Of a stretch of DNA of 64,000 nt, positions 12,151 through 25,600 are shown piece by piece. Both the position numbers and the translations under genes were made by a program. The DNA comes from Callorhinchus milii (lineage: Eukaryota). The stretch covers positions 85,872,001-85,936,000 of the forward strand of contig NW_024704742.1 of NCBI RefSeq assembly GCF_018977255.1, read 5' to 3'. The notes beneath the pieces were generated by a model that saw only the letters and a program-made list of their open reading frames with translations, did no database searches and was not told where the DNA came from. The first letter of the stretch is position 1. Each line of letters opens with the position of its first letter.

Positions 12151-15100
12151 CACTACTTCCTGTAAATTTGTAGGCTGTTTTCTTAAAGACTCCACCAGAA
12201 TGTGACTGGAATTGTGAACTAACCACCGCATAGCACAGACAATGGAAAGGGTTCAAGATATTACAATTATCTTTCAGGGTTTTATTTTTAATATTGAATC
12301 CCCTGCATTAAATCGCATATTGTTGAAAACCTTAATTCAATTTCTTTGAAAATAGATATTAAAAAAGACTGCCAGGTATCTGCAGTGTAATTGTGAATTG
12401 TTGTATTTTGATGGGGATGGGTACAGAACAAGAAATTAGTGATGGCTTTGCACAAACAGTGCAATTTGCCATATCTTTTGTCCTGATAATTCTGCTGGGC
12501 CTGAGAATGAAAGTGGCTTTCTCACTTGCGTGTATTCAGACTGCAAAAGGCTGATGAGATTGACTTCTCCAGTTTCCAATTCCAAGATCAGGAACTCGCT
12601 GAGGGAGGGAGAGCAAGCCACTTGTTGCACCTTGATGTACAACATAAGCGCATCAGCATCTTGTGAACACAGATGGAGCAGTCAAGAAGTTGGATTTGTA
12701 AGAAAGGAACACAGAAGCTTATGAAAGAGATGTTGCACACTATAGATGTACTTCACACTTATTTTCTTTGACAATTTTGCAACAATTCTTGCTTCACTGA
12801 CACTAACTATTGAACTGCAATTATCTATCACTGCCTAAAACATGGCAATTTCTAAAAGTATTTCTTAATAAGGACATGAAGGGAGGTTTTGGACTCTGGT
12901 GACTAAAGGGATTGATTTGCTGCACTCGGGTCCCTTAATACCACGAGTAAAATTTCAGTCTTTATCTTCATAACTGAAAAATTATTCCTTGTTTAAATAT
13001 TTACAGTATCTAAAAAGTGTTCTGTTATCTAGTGTGTTATCTGAGGTGATATCTGTCATTTCCTTTTCCTTTTGAATGTAATGCAGCAGAAAAACAAGTT
13101 TTCTCATTTTTTAGCACTCGTGTACGTGCTGGCCTTGAAGTGTTCAGATAGTCTTTTAATCTGCTGTGAATGTTCTGCATCGAGTCTAGTGTATCAAAGG
13201 ATTAGCCATGAGGAATGGATCAATCGGGATATATTTGAGACTGACCTCAGTAATGGGTGAGACCTCTGCTCACCCTGTGCAACCTCAGTAAACCTCTGTA
13301 ATGGGTGAGACCTCTGCTCACCCTGTGGAACCTCAGTAAACCGACTCACCGAGGCAACAATTTACATTTCATGCAGTGACTAATGTGTAAAAGAAACATC
13401 TCAAACAGCTTTAAAGAATGAGATTAATTCAGAATTAAGTGAATATTATCTCAGCAAAGGTGGCACCTAATTGACTTCAGCAACGTCCCACAAACCACAA
13501 TGGGACACATAGGTAATAAATTAGGTTTTGGAGTGAATTTGGATGAAGAGGGAATCTAAGATGGGAAATGGCTATGTTTTATTTGAAGTATAAGGGTTCT
13601 TCAAATGCCATATTATTACAAATAAAGGGTAGGACCTAAACTAACAGTGTGCTAATCTGGAAATAAATACTAGATTTATATATTATATACAATGTTACGC
13701 AGGCAAAAGGGGCAACCAGTCTGCAGTGCACACTACACAGAAATGAGGACTTACTGGGTTCTCAGCATGCCTTAAAGTCCCATCTGTTTGCTCAGGTAGA
13801 TGTTAAAGATCCCATGGCATTATTCAAAAGAGAATTTTTTCCCTCAGTGACCTGGCCAACAGTCCCTCAAATTTAAAAAAATAGACACTCACTTGATTAC
13901 GGTTTGCAGTACATTGCTGTAAGTAGTTACTACACTTAACAGAAAAGTGGTTTGATACATTTATTATAGAATAATACACTGTCACACGCCTGGGTATGTT
14001 TGCAGATTACCAATTGTATAGTATTGTGGCCAGAAAGCTCCTATTTATTTTTCACTGAATAAAGAGTTGAAGAAGGAGTGGAAGGCATCTAGTATCCACT
14101 GCCAAGTTTGCGTGGAAAGCATCCTGTGCTATTGCAGTCTGAGTATTCTGTCCTGAATTATTTTCCCAGTCTGGCTCAAGCTGGACAGGAGTATAATTTA
14201 ATAACAACAATAATAATTATAATCCTTGCACTTGACATAGCGCCTTATCACGTTGTTGAAACGTCCAGAATATATTGTAAAAGTGGATCAATTATGTATT
14301 TCGTGCTGCATATAGAAATACTTCTGGAATTCTGTATCTCAGGATAGAGATACAATTATCTCTATGCAGTTGTGGTTTGCAGCAAATCTGAAATGCCAGA
14401 CTCCTCCTCCTCCTCTACCCCGCCTCCTCCACATGCGGGATGTGCGTTACAAGCAGAGCCTGATAGTCAACCCAGTTTTTGAACCCAATAGCTACCTGTG
14501 CACTCAAGTTGGTCACTGCACACAGAAACCATGGGTTGGGAGAGGGCTGCAGAGTTTGAGCCATGGCTGCTGATGTTTGCTGACTTTCTGCACTTCTACC
14601 TCCCATGTTGCTGGCCCTCTTAGACTGGCGCCATGTGGTGCAGGGGTGGATTAGATGACTGCAGGAAACAGATGCGTTTTTTTTTGTGTGTAAACAATAT
14701 GCCCTCAAGTGGGTTGAAGGCTGGTGAAAGTAAAGTACATTTCTCAATAATGTGTCTGCCCTCCCCTGCAACTGTAGTTTTGCTTTAAAAGTTCTGGATG
14801 TTGATTGCTGCATTGAGGCCACGGTCATTCTAGTTAGTTTTCCACAACACATTCCCAGGTTTTGCTTGTGTTTCTTCGTAGCCACAAACCTCACAGTAAA
14901 GAGTTTTTTTAACAACTCTCCGCAGTTTACATAGTTTTGGTGGCTCAATTGAAGATTAGTTTGGTTTCAGGGGCATAGTGTCGTTGCTCATGATCTTATT
15001 TTATGTGGGGCAGCTTTTTTTGTGTGTGTACACAGTGAAACTTTTTTTCTGAACTAGATGATGCAATTTAATGTTGCAGAATGGATTTTAAAACGATGTG

Positions 15101-15464
15101 GGTAAATATTTGACTTTTCATCCTATGGGGAAGGCAAGATTTCCATATTGAATTGGTACAGTATATACTATACTCACATGTCAGCCTGGCTCAGTTTGTT
15201 GGGAGCACTCTTGTCTCTGAGTCATAATATTGTGGGTTCGCACCCCATATTGGGACCTTCAAACTCAGATAAATCTGCCATGCTGGCGTGTGCTGTTTTG
15301 TTAGAGATGGGGTCCTGCCAATGATATGTTAAACTGAAGTCCCACCTGCCTATTCAGGTATACATTAAGATCCTATGGCACAATTCAAGAAGAGAGGGGA
15401 GCTTCGCCCAGTGTCCTGGCTACCATTCCCCCCCACCCCACCCCCCACCCCTAATAAGATGCAG

Positions 15465-15870
15465 TCCTGAACCTTGGTGTCTTGTTTGACCCTCTAATGT
15501 TCTGTCTCCCCCACATCTATGCCATGGTCCGCTCTGCCATTCCGCACCTCTGCAACATCGCCTGGCTCCACTGCTGCCTCGCCCCTCAGGCTGCTGAAAC
15601 CTTCCTTCACGCATTTATTACGTCTAGGCTCAACTATGCCAATTCACTGCTTGTCGGCCTTCCCAACTCTTTCCTCCACAGGCTGCAGATCATCCAGAAC
15701 TCTGCAGCTCATGTCCTCTCCAGCACCAGGCTCCTTGACCCTATCACCTCAGCTCTACTGGCTCCTCATCCCCCAGGGGATAGAGTTCAAAATTCTCGTC
15801 CTCACCTTCAAGACCCTCCACGGCCTTGCTCCTTCCTACCTCTGTGACCTGCTAACCCCATAATCAACTG
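15465..15870 (+). mobile_element. L2 ORF2 C-terminal fragment
   Basis: AAETFLHAFITSRLNYANSLLVGLP..RLQIIQNSAA; IEFKILVLTFKTLHGLAPSYLCDLL. Confidence 0.85.
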
Positions 15871-15914
15871 GTCCATTCCCTCCGCTCAGCAGGCCAGACG
15901 CACGCCAGAGGAGA

Positions 15915-16300
15915 CAAGCAGTAGGCTGAAGGAGGTTGGCAGATAAATAAGGAGATGCAATGGCATTAGGGGATTTGTATGTGAGGGTGAGGATCTTCAA
16001 GTCATTCGTAGATGGAGAGCCAGTGGTGCCTGGCAAGGATAGAGGTGATGGGCATGAAGAGTGTCGTGTGGGCGAAGATATGGCTTGTGTAATTTTGTCA
16101 GCTCGACTTTGTGGAACTGGGGAGACCAGCAGAAAAAGGGTGCATTTGAGAAATCAAGGCAGAAAGTGACAGAAGCTTGGATGACAGTTTCAGTTGCATT
16201 TGGTGTGAAATGAGATCAGAGGTGGGCAGTGTGGAGGAAAGCCGTCCTGGTCAGGGAACGAATGTGGGAAGGAAGTACAGTTGAGGATCAAGCCTGGGAA
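15915..16300 (-). mobile_element. Older L2 fragment, opposite orientation
   Basis: DLKILTLTYKSPNAIASPYLS..LLQP on the minus strand. Confidence 0.7.
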
Positions 16301-17314
16301 TCTTCATCACGTGGACATTAGTTATATGTGAGTCTTGACAGTGAGTTTTGCCTGGTTATTTGACACTGTGGTGAGCTCACATGCACCTTCTAATAGGAGT
16401 CAGTGGACAGTGATGAGGAGTGGGGACCGTAATATGGTTTTCTCATCCTTAACCAAATGCTCCAAAGTTGTTTGTAGCCCAAATTTTTGCCCTCACTGCT
16501 GTCGGCTCATTCTGCACCACCTGGGATTTAAGCATGCATTCTCTTGCTTATGTCTTAGTACTGCATCAGACAGTGCCTTTTACAAACTAGGCCACTGGGG
16601 TAGGGGAGGGGAGCAAGAAAGCTTTATCATCTTAAATGCTTGACAAGAAGTAGATGTAAAATGTGTCATGGTGTTCTCAGTACAAATAGCAGTCTTCTCT
16701 ACGTGCACACTGTGCCCACAATTTTTAACTGATTATTGAGCATATTTTATACCAAATCAGAGCATCTTTGTCAACCCATCAGAGGGAAGGGTCCGAGGGA
16801 ACTCGTGCTTGTTAGGCTGATCTTCAGTTCAAAATTTCAAAATCACCACATATTCAGAGCCTTGTTCTGCAATCTGTCTGATTTTCAACATCAGAAGAAT
16901 TCTGTGTATGAAGGCCACGCTCTACTGGGTGTATAGAATGCAAAGAAATGATGGATTGATTTTTTTCCCCTGTATTTTGTGATCCTATATAGCCATTTCA
17001 AAAGAAGTCCTGAAGGTGGCATAATGTAAAACATAGAGGTTCCAGATTATTATCTGCTGTTGCAGTTTTGTACTTGTGAGAATCTTGACGCAGCTGTGTG
17101 TGGGGGAGGGTGGGGGGGGGATCGGAAATGAATCTTATCTCTCAACTACAGGGCTGACTTGCTTTGATTGTTCTTTTTCTGCTTTGTTATTGCTGCTGCA
17201 TTTTCCACTGTAATTAGGCTGAAAGGAAAATTATTCATCTGTTTGTGTAAGAGGTTCCAACTTTATACCATGAGCAAGCAAGCTTGAATAAAATGGCTCC
17301 TTTCCTTTTAATAG

Positions 17315-17494
17315 GTACGGGATTCGTCCAGAGAATGTGATACTATACGGGCAGAGTATAGGCACGGTACCTACAGTGGATCTGGCTGCACGATATGAAT
17401 GTGCTGCAGTTATCCTTCATTCTCCATTGACCTCAGGAATGCGGGTGGCCTTCCCAGACACAAAGAAGACCTACTGTTTTGATGCATTCCCCAA
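17315..17494 (+). CDS. ABHD17B: ABHD17B depalmitoylase, penultimate coding exon (180 bp)
   Basis: Acceptor tttccttttaatag, donor AA|gtaagt. Translates (R)[59 protein letters not shown](N), with the GQSIG nucleophile motif. [16 protein letters not shown] and DTKKTY are B-paralogue-like. Not in the ORF track. Confidence 0.95.
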
Positions 17495-18399
17495 GTAAGT
17501 GTGGCTTTTTTAAATTTTGTATATTGAAGAATCCCTGTTGATTTGTGTGAGGAATACATTTTGTACATTATACAATGCAACAGCAGTAAAATGGTATTTT
17601 CTATACTCACCTTCTCTGCCTCCCCACTGCCAATTGTTCTTGCTGAAGCTCCACAGATGCCTTCATGATAAGCACGATCGGATAAGCACATTTGTAGAAC
17701 TTTGTTAACTAGGAGCTAATTATTGGCAAATCTCCAACCACATTTCTATACATCAGCATAGAATATTGAAATGTGGTTGGTGATTGGTCTGATGGCATGT
17801 GCCTTATTTCCTAGGCAAATGGCTCGAGACGTATCACAAAAACAATGGAGATCAAGAAGTGGGATTTAAGGTTGTTGAACAGAGGCAAGCTTTTAGAATA
17901 ATTTTTAACGTATAGAGAGAAGTAACAAGACAAAGAATTATGTTGCAGAATACCAGAGAGCAGAAGAGGCACAATGGCTAAAGGCTTAGCCAATAGGGAG
18001 ATGGATGGGTTGATGAATGAATCGTACACGAGAGCCAGAAAAACAAGGGGCAGCAGAATAGGGGTGAAGGAGATTGCTAGGGACAGAGGGGCAAGATCAT
18101 GAAGGGATTTAAAGATCAGGAAAAGGTTCTTGAAATTGATGCACTAGGTTATTGGAAGCCCGTATACTGTATCAGACCAGTGGACTGGTGCACTTTGCTA
18201 GTTTATCCTCTAGATAAGTTGGTTATTCACAACGGTTTGTGGGACTTTGCTATGCGCAAATTGATTGCCCCCTTTGTCTGTAAATAACAATTGCTACACT
18301 TAGCTATAAACGTGAAGCTTTTTGAGATGCTTCAATAATAATAATCCTTGCATTTTGATATATCATGTTGTTGAGATGTCTCAAAGTGCTTTGCAGGAT

Positions 18400-19157
18400 T
18401 GCGACGGTTCTCACCCCTAATTGTATACCTGCATTATGACAAAGTGCTCAGTGTATTAGGTGGCATATGTACCATTGCTTTCTCTGTAACGTGCAGGTTC
18501 CCTCTCTGAGTGAAACTCCACTAATGAGAATATACACACGGCGACGGGTCATCCCAGTGCCTTATTGCGCAACAAAGGAATGCATTCATCCCTGTCCTTT
18601 GCACTACCAGGCAGCTGACTTCAGCAATAACCTGCTTGTGTTTACTTCCTCCCTCCTTGATTTTTATAGAAAACTCGATGGTATTTTACTGACACTAGCA
18701 GCTTTACCCAAAGTTAGTTAACAAAGAAAAATCAATCTTGACCTGGAGACGAGACTCTCAGGTCAGGCACGTACCTCCTTGATGACACAAGGCGAAAAGT
18801 AACCCCGAGTTCAGCGAATCCCCACCTTTTATATTGTCCTAACTCCAACCCTTTCCAATATATCGCATTGATATTTCTTCCCTCCATTTTCAATCTCTCC
18901 TTTCATTGTATCAATAGGTTCCCCCACCAGGACTCGGGTGATCTTTTCTCACTTTTTGTTCAAGTAACTCACCCAGGTCACAGACTGCATGTTGCCAAGG
19001 CTGTCTTACACTTTAAATTATATTTCGGTCCCGAGACCATAATACAATTAAAGTGAAAGCATCTTACTTTGTACAAATTCTCAATATATACGGAATATCT
19101 GCATTAATAACCTTAATAAAAGAGGTAGAGCGTTAATTTAAATAGGTGAATGTGACA
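18400..19157. mobile_element. Probable solo LTR (758 bp) nested in a Deu-type SINE
   Basis: TG...CA termini (TGCGAC...GTGACA); 4-bp flanks GGAT/GTAT; removing it rejoins the SINE tail; TATAAAAG on the minus strand at ~18826-18833. Confidence 0.7.
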
Positions 19158-19530
19158 GTATGTACTATAAAGTGGATTGACTGTATTTTGTGCGTAAAGC
19201 GTGACAACCAGTTTATGCATAGCAATGTCCCACAAACAGTCATGGAGTGAATGACCAATTTTATTTGGGAGATTGTTGCCCAGGACACAGGGAGAAACTC
19301 TCCTCTATTCATATAGTGCCATGGGATGTTTAACATCTATCTGAACAGGCAGGTGGGACCTCAGTTTAAAGTCTCATCCGAAGGATGGCACCTCCGACAA
19401 TGCAACACCCCCTCACCTCAGCACTGCATTGGAGTGTCAGCTTACACTATGTGATTCCAAGTCGTGACATGGAGCTTGAACCCACAACCTTCTGCCTCAG
19501 AGGTGAGAGTGCTACCACGCCAGGTTGACA
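19158..19530 (-). mobile_element. Deu-type tRNA SINE (tail continues at 18335-18399 beyond the LTR)
   Basis: tcccacaaacagtc, ctgaacaggcaggtgggacctcagtttaa, ttgaacccacaaccttctg...gagtgctacc. Confidence 0.85.
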
Positions 19531-19852
19531 CACAAGTTAATAAGGGACAATATAAAAAATCTTCCTGATTACTATATCAAAAATGTTTAGTTTGGTCTTG
19601 CACATGCAAACTGAGTTAAATATCACCTAATTTTGGTTACCTGACCATGTCCCTCTCCATGGTTCCTGCATTGTGGTGTGAAATAGGTAAGTCAAATAGC
19701 AGTGGAAAAGCAACTTCTAACTGGAAAGGTGATATTTATTTGTTGAGAAAAACTGCTGTGTAAACATTTTTAATGTGCTGTTCTCAGCCTAACACTTTTC
19801 TTCTGTGTCTCACGGACGGCTTCTTCCTGCATGTTTACTACTTGTTTTGCAG

Positions 19853-20072
19853 CATTGACAAGATTTCTAAGATAGTCTCTCCAATACTGATCATCCACGG
19901 GACCGAAGATGAAGTGATCGACTTTTCTCATGGGTTGGCACTATATGAGCAATGTCAGAGGCCAGTGGAACCACTTTGGGTAGAAGGAGCCGGTCACAAC
20001 GACGTGGAGCTTTACGGACAGTATCTTGAAAGGCTGAAACAGTTTGTTTCTCATGAACTGGTGAATTCTTAA
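19853..20072 (+). CDS. ABHD17B: ABHD17B last coding exon to stop codon
   Basis: Acceptor cttgttttgcag; phase matches the previous exon. [72 protein letters not shown], with catalytic Asp (GTEDE) and His (GAGHND). CQRPVEPLW and NDVELYGQ match ABHD17B. Confidence 0.95.
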
Positions 20073-20252
20073 ATGGACTCTTTAATATCTTAGGGTTTTT
20101 GTTTGTTTTTTTTAATTCAAGAATGCTTTCCATTTTTCATTCACTCAGACTGTATATGCAACTAAAAGAAAAAAGACCCGAAGGTTTTATTTGCAAATCA
20201 AATGGTAACATTGGAATATAAGGTTTGCAGATGACGGCATTGATGCCAGTAT

Positions 20253-20283
<31 letters not shown>

Positions 20284-22670
20284 AAACTGGAGACTACCAT
20301 GGAGTCAGTTTGTTAAATCAGTTTATGTATTTGATGGCAAAATTTACCATTGTTCCTTCCATAGTTTTACTGTCTAGAAAGATTATTCAGATGTTAGTGT
20401 ACTGTATGAAACGTTTATTTATGACGTACATGAGTAGCTGTTGCTTTGTACGTATAGTATTGCCAAATTGATCAGAATATCGGTAGAAAAATATTCTATT
20501 GAGTGATCTTTGGAATACCTCTCAGTAAATAGGCAGTGTTTTTTTTCAGCGCATAAAGTCTTTTGGCAAGATATAAATTTGGCATAATTCCAAACTTAGT
20601 TATTATGCTATAGAAATCTAATTTAAGCATTCGCCCACACCCAAGGTTTATTTTAAACAGATTTGAATTAATAAAATATTGCAAATGGCCCTTCTGGGAT
20701 TTAAATTCAAACTTATGATTAAAAAATTTTTTTTTTGTATTAACACAAAGCTTCGACCATTATTTCTTTTCCAGTGCTGAATTTGCAGAGATGTTGGATC
20801 AAATTATGTTTTCGCACAATTTTAACAAATGTTTGGCTGCATGTGTGGGTAAACTCTGGCTGCAGATTACATGTAGAATTACAAGGGAGATGACAACCCT
20901 TCCTTGTTAAAAAAAAATGTTCACATGTGTCTCGAAGGAAGGTTGCATTATATTTCATCGCACACAAGAAATACAGTAATGAAGTAAGTTTTTTTTCACC
21001 TTTATGGGGGTGGAAGGGAGGGGTTGGCATCTAGCCAAATTACATAAGGAATGTTAATATTTTTAACCTATATACAGTAGTATAATACTCTTTTAAGGTA
21101 TATTTCCCTGAGAGAGCTTAATGTATACAAACACTAACAGCAATGGTGCAGTGTAGAATGAATGCATTTAAATGGACAATGCAAAGCTTGAATTGTTTAA
21201 AAAAAATTGAAACTATGGTACGCAAAGTAGCCTTACAGATTTGTTACTTTTTTTGCTTTTTTTTAATATGTGAATGTGTAAATGCCTGTACTGTACCTTG
21301 TATTTGAAAATTTTATGCTGATGTATGATTCCATATTTCTGTATATCATGACACAAAGTGCTATTTAGCAGTCAACTCTTATCTCGCCTGTGGAACAACC
21401 ATACAGTCCGATTTATACATTCAGTGTCAAACAAGGGGTGGCAAGCAGGCATTGCCAGCATTGATGCTATATTCTTTGTTTATTTTAGTTGCAATGTACT
21501 CAGAGGTCAGCATTTCAGGAGCCAACTGTGGTACTTTACCCATTTTTAAAGAGTTAACACGTGTTTTTTAAAAAGAATGGTATCTCTAAACAAATCTTGT
21601 AAAGTGATAATTGGAATCCATTTGTATTGCTTTATGTTATCTTGATCATCCACTCATTATCTGAAAATATCTATAGTATTGATTCTGTCAAAACTACATC
21701 CCAAGTGTGCAGTTATTGCGTGTTACTGATGCCATAAGATGTTCCCATGGCTTCGAGTGTATATTGTTTGCTCCACTTGTTAGATCGTAACATAAAATCT
21801 TATACAAATTGACTAGATAACCCATCTGTGATAGATCAGTATTTACTCACTTGCTCTGAAAAAATATTGAGCCCCTATTGCAAGTCTGTGTTTTACTTGC
21901 AGAATCTAGTGACTTCATCTCTCCAAAAGGACAGCAGAATTGTGGTGCAGGTCTCATTTCTGATCACCCTCTTGAAGTGCCATTTACCAAAATGACTCTT
22001 CTGTCCACAAGTGGGGAAGACTCAAAATTCCTGATCCAAACATTTCTCATGTTCTGTATTAATAAGCACCTAATGTTCTGTCTTTCCAAGTGAATGGTTA
22101 AATCTCATTGTGTTGTGTTAGAGCTACAGTAAGAATTAATCTCTAACTTGCCAAACAAAAGGGATTGTGTGAAAAAAAACAATTGTTTGGGCTTGCTGAA
22201 CTTGACAGATGCACGCTCAGCCCCAAATGGGCTGATTCAGTTGACGCTGGTAAAGAGAGTAGCTGCTGGAGGTAACTGCTCCTCCTGGCTGTACTTCCCA
22301 GTGAGAACTGGCACTGATGTGAAGGAAGAAACTGAAGCGAGAGTTGCAGATGGGTTATCTAGCCTGGCCAGTTGACCTCACAGCTAGGGTGGTCGCACAT
22401 ACACATTGCCAGTCCAAACAGATAGGTGCCATACGTGAAAACTACTTTACAATCTGTGAATCTGTGTGTTTTGTGAACATTGTTAAATGTGAGTAATGGA
22501 GTGGCCTGTGGCGAAATGAAACTTTCAAGTACTTTTTACCTTACTGACTACTGAGCAAACTTAAAACTACCTGTATTTGTATTTGTTTTGCTTTTTTTCT
22601 GTTCTACCTGATGCTGGCAGATTGGTATTTTTTCATAGTTGAATTAAACTTTGATTTAAAACAAACCCAA
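20073..22670 (+). other. ABHD17B: Probable ABHD17B 3'UTR (end uncertain)
   Basis: AT-rich, with no recognisable TE over ~2.6 kb. Candidate poly(A) signals AATAAA 20670-20675 and ATTAAA 22643-22648, the latter followed by a T/GT-rich tract. (TA)n at ~20252-20277. Confidence 0.55.
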
Positions 22671-25600
22671 TTTGTGCTTTTTTTTTAAAAGTCAATTTTA
22701 TCCCATTCCGGTATCACTGAAGAACGTTTCTTTTCTCCTTGGTCGCCTAATTTCTGTCTGATTTTTAAACGGGTTAAACATTTTGCTGAACTGGGGGTAA
22801 GGAGATTGTGCCCAGAAATCCCCAAAGTGGAATCTTCTCTGTGATGGATGTGTCTTAACTGATATGGGGCCAAAAGAAGGCTATTCATCCTTTCTGTCTC
22901 CCCATTTTAAACACCCAAATAGCCCCAGCCTGTAAGACTTTCCAGGTCAATACGTTCCATGTTTTTACATGCCTTTGTGAGCAAAAATATTTTCTAATCT
23001 CACTTCTACCCATTTTAACTCTAATTTGATAATAATGCCCTCTTATTCTGGGTCCCTCTATTAGATGGTTGGCTTTGAATTAACCAGAAAATGCCTGGAA
23101 ATCGCACACCGTATACACTAAATAAATTGAATGAATATTTGGATGAGCAGAATATAAAAGCTCCTTGTCTTTGCAGTACAGCAGCCTTCAAGAATGTAGA
23201 ACATTACCAGTGAAGCTTCTAATTACATTCCTTTGAATGCACATAACTCAAATGGCGATTGTACAAGTATTAGTCCTGGTTGGCTGACATTATCCATCAG
23301 CACACGGATTGAGACCACATTGTCAATTACATTAAACACCATTCTTTTATGAATATCCTCCTTCAAATTGGCCTGACTGCACTATTCAAACTATAAAAAC
23401 ATCAAGTTTTAACGAGAAATTCTGTAGGGTTTTAGGGGAATGTAACCAGGTTCCGATCAACCTCCAAGAAGACGTTTCTGCAAGTCATTATTGATGTTTT
23501 TCTAGATGAAAGAGGAAGGCAACACTTGTGCAATTAATATCCTTTATTAGTAAATATCTCAAATTAGTCCCCAGTGTCCCCAGTGTTAAAATGTAACATC
23601 TCTTCTTCTTTGACCACACTGCTTGGATTCTTATTTTTGAACCTGGATTTCAATCCTAAATCATAAGTTCACATCAGTATTGGAGTAACTTCATATTAAG
23701 TTGGGGGGGTGGGGGGGAGACCAATAGACCAATCTGGATAAGACTATCAATAAATATTTTCAGTGATTCTTAACATTTCGGCCACATGTACACATAATAT
23801 TTCATTCAATTAATATGTTTAAAGTTTGTCTAATTGTAATAGATCTCACATTTGTAAACTGGACTGGTCAGACTCCAAAGCAGAGCAAAGCATTCGCCCA
23901 CAAAATGCACAGTCAAACCACTTTACAATATATCTTGTGAAGCGCTTTGAGATGTTGGACAACATGATTAGGCACTATATCAAATGTGATGATAATGATT
24001 AGTGGAGCACTGGTCTGTGGCCTGAGAATGTGCCTGATTGAGTGGCTCCCACCTGCAGTCATTCTGTACAAATCTAGTGTTCAATAAAAATCTTTCAAAT
24101 AGACTCACAAATTAGATACTAAAGAAAATGGTGGTGGAAGAGCCTGATAGCACTAACTTCTTGAAGTGAAGCTATTGTTTGGGGATGGGGGAAGAGGATG
24201 ATCGGAAAATTACAGGAAATGTGAGGATTTCCTACTCTGGAGTATGATAGGGAATGGTCATTGTCGGAGGCAACATAGAGGAAATTAACTGATAACTTCG
24301 GAGTAGGGGAATCTATAAATGTTGATCTGTGTGAAATAATGGAGCATGTATTAGAAAGTGCACAATATTGAGCAAATTGAGCATATAGTGTAAAGTGAAA
24401 ATCTTCAATCATAAAAGCATAGAATAGCGAAACAAACTGAATGTTGCAGTTACTTGTGGTCTTTATTCAGACTCTCTTTGTAAAATCTCCATGAAGGACA
24501 CCTTTTGTATATATATTTGGTCAGCCTGCTAAATTATTGGTTGTTTCAAATCCACTGGTAACAAGGCTGCCTCGTTGTTAAGTATCTCAATGAAGTGTAA
24601 GTTCACTTTGAACCCAGTTGTCTTGAGGATCTGTGGTGACTGAAAGTGTGGCACACTTCACACTTCCTATAGTCTGGCTTCCAGCCATCCTTGCAGACGT
24701 ATTTAACAACAACAACTTGCATTTATATAGCGTCCCTCACACAGGGTAGCGTCCCAGAGCACTTGACAGTGATTGAGCACGACTTTCAGCTCTAAAACTG
24801 CTCATAAGAGCAGTGACAGCTTTCATAGGGACCAGCCAGATTCCTGCACATACACATGGAACTATGAAGTGATGCATTTTGTGCTGCAAAATGACATCCT
24901 GACAACCCAGAAGTGGGACCAGTGACAATTTTGCTTTCCGGACACAGGATCTAATTTCTTGGATCTAAAACACTGTGTTTGAATGGTATTGACAAGGTTC
25001 CTTCCTCCAGAGCCCTCCTTTTCTCTAATCAATATTGTCTTTCCTAAAGCATTCTGGAGTGTCATCTGTAAATCCTGGTATCAAGAACGTCCATTCTCAA
25101 AAAGACAGCCAGCACAATGTCTATTCTTTCGTGAGAAACATCATAGCTGACTCTTATTCTATTCTTATCTGCTATCTACCATCCCCTTCCTCCCACACAC
25201 ACGCACACATGTACCAACACTTCCTTCCAAATGGGATGTCAATACAGTGAACTGATAAGAAGACCCTGCCTTATATCATCACATGGATTATATCATCATG
25301 CTGTCAATACCCCGGCTACTTAACATAAGAAATGTGAATAAGGGCCACTCCTTTATTTCATCACTCGCTTCAAATATTATAAAGTTGCATTCTATACATC
25401 CCAGTAAGTAAAATACCAGATGAATCATCGGACAAAAATCAGCGAACTCTCGCTGCTCCCAACATGTAAGCTTGCCCTCCGCCAGCCAGTGGAAGCTGTT
25501 TTGACTGTTGTGGTAAGATCTCTGTAAGTACAAATGGTAGACCTTATCCTCTGTGAGGTTCTGGCTGATTGTTAAAGTCTGAGTGATTCAAGTTGGGAAA

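Noticed and set aside
14415..14948. 177-aa minus-strand ORF (likewise 32281-32769, 35700-36137 and other short ORFs)
   Set aside because: No recognisable domain, start context or splice structure; consistent with chance ORFs.
17315..20072. ABHD17A or ABHD17C
   Set aside because: [17 protein letters not shown] and NDVELYGQ, plus adjacency to CEMIP2, favour ABHD17B.
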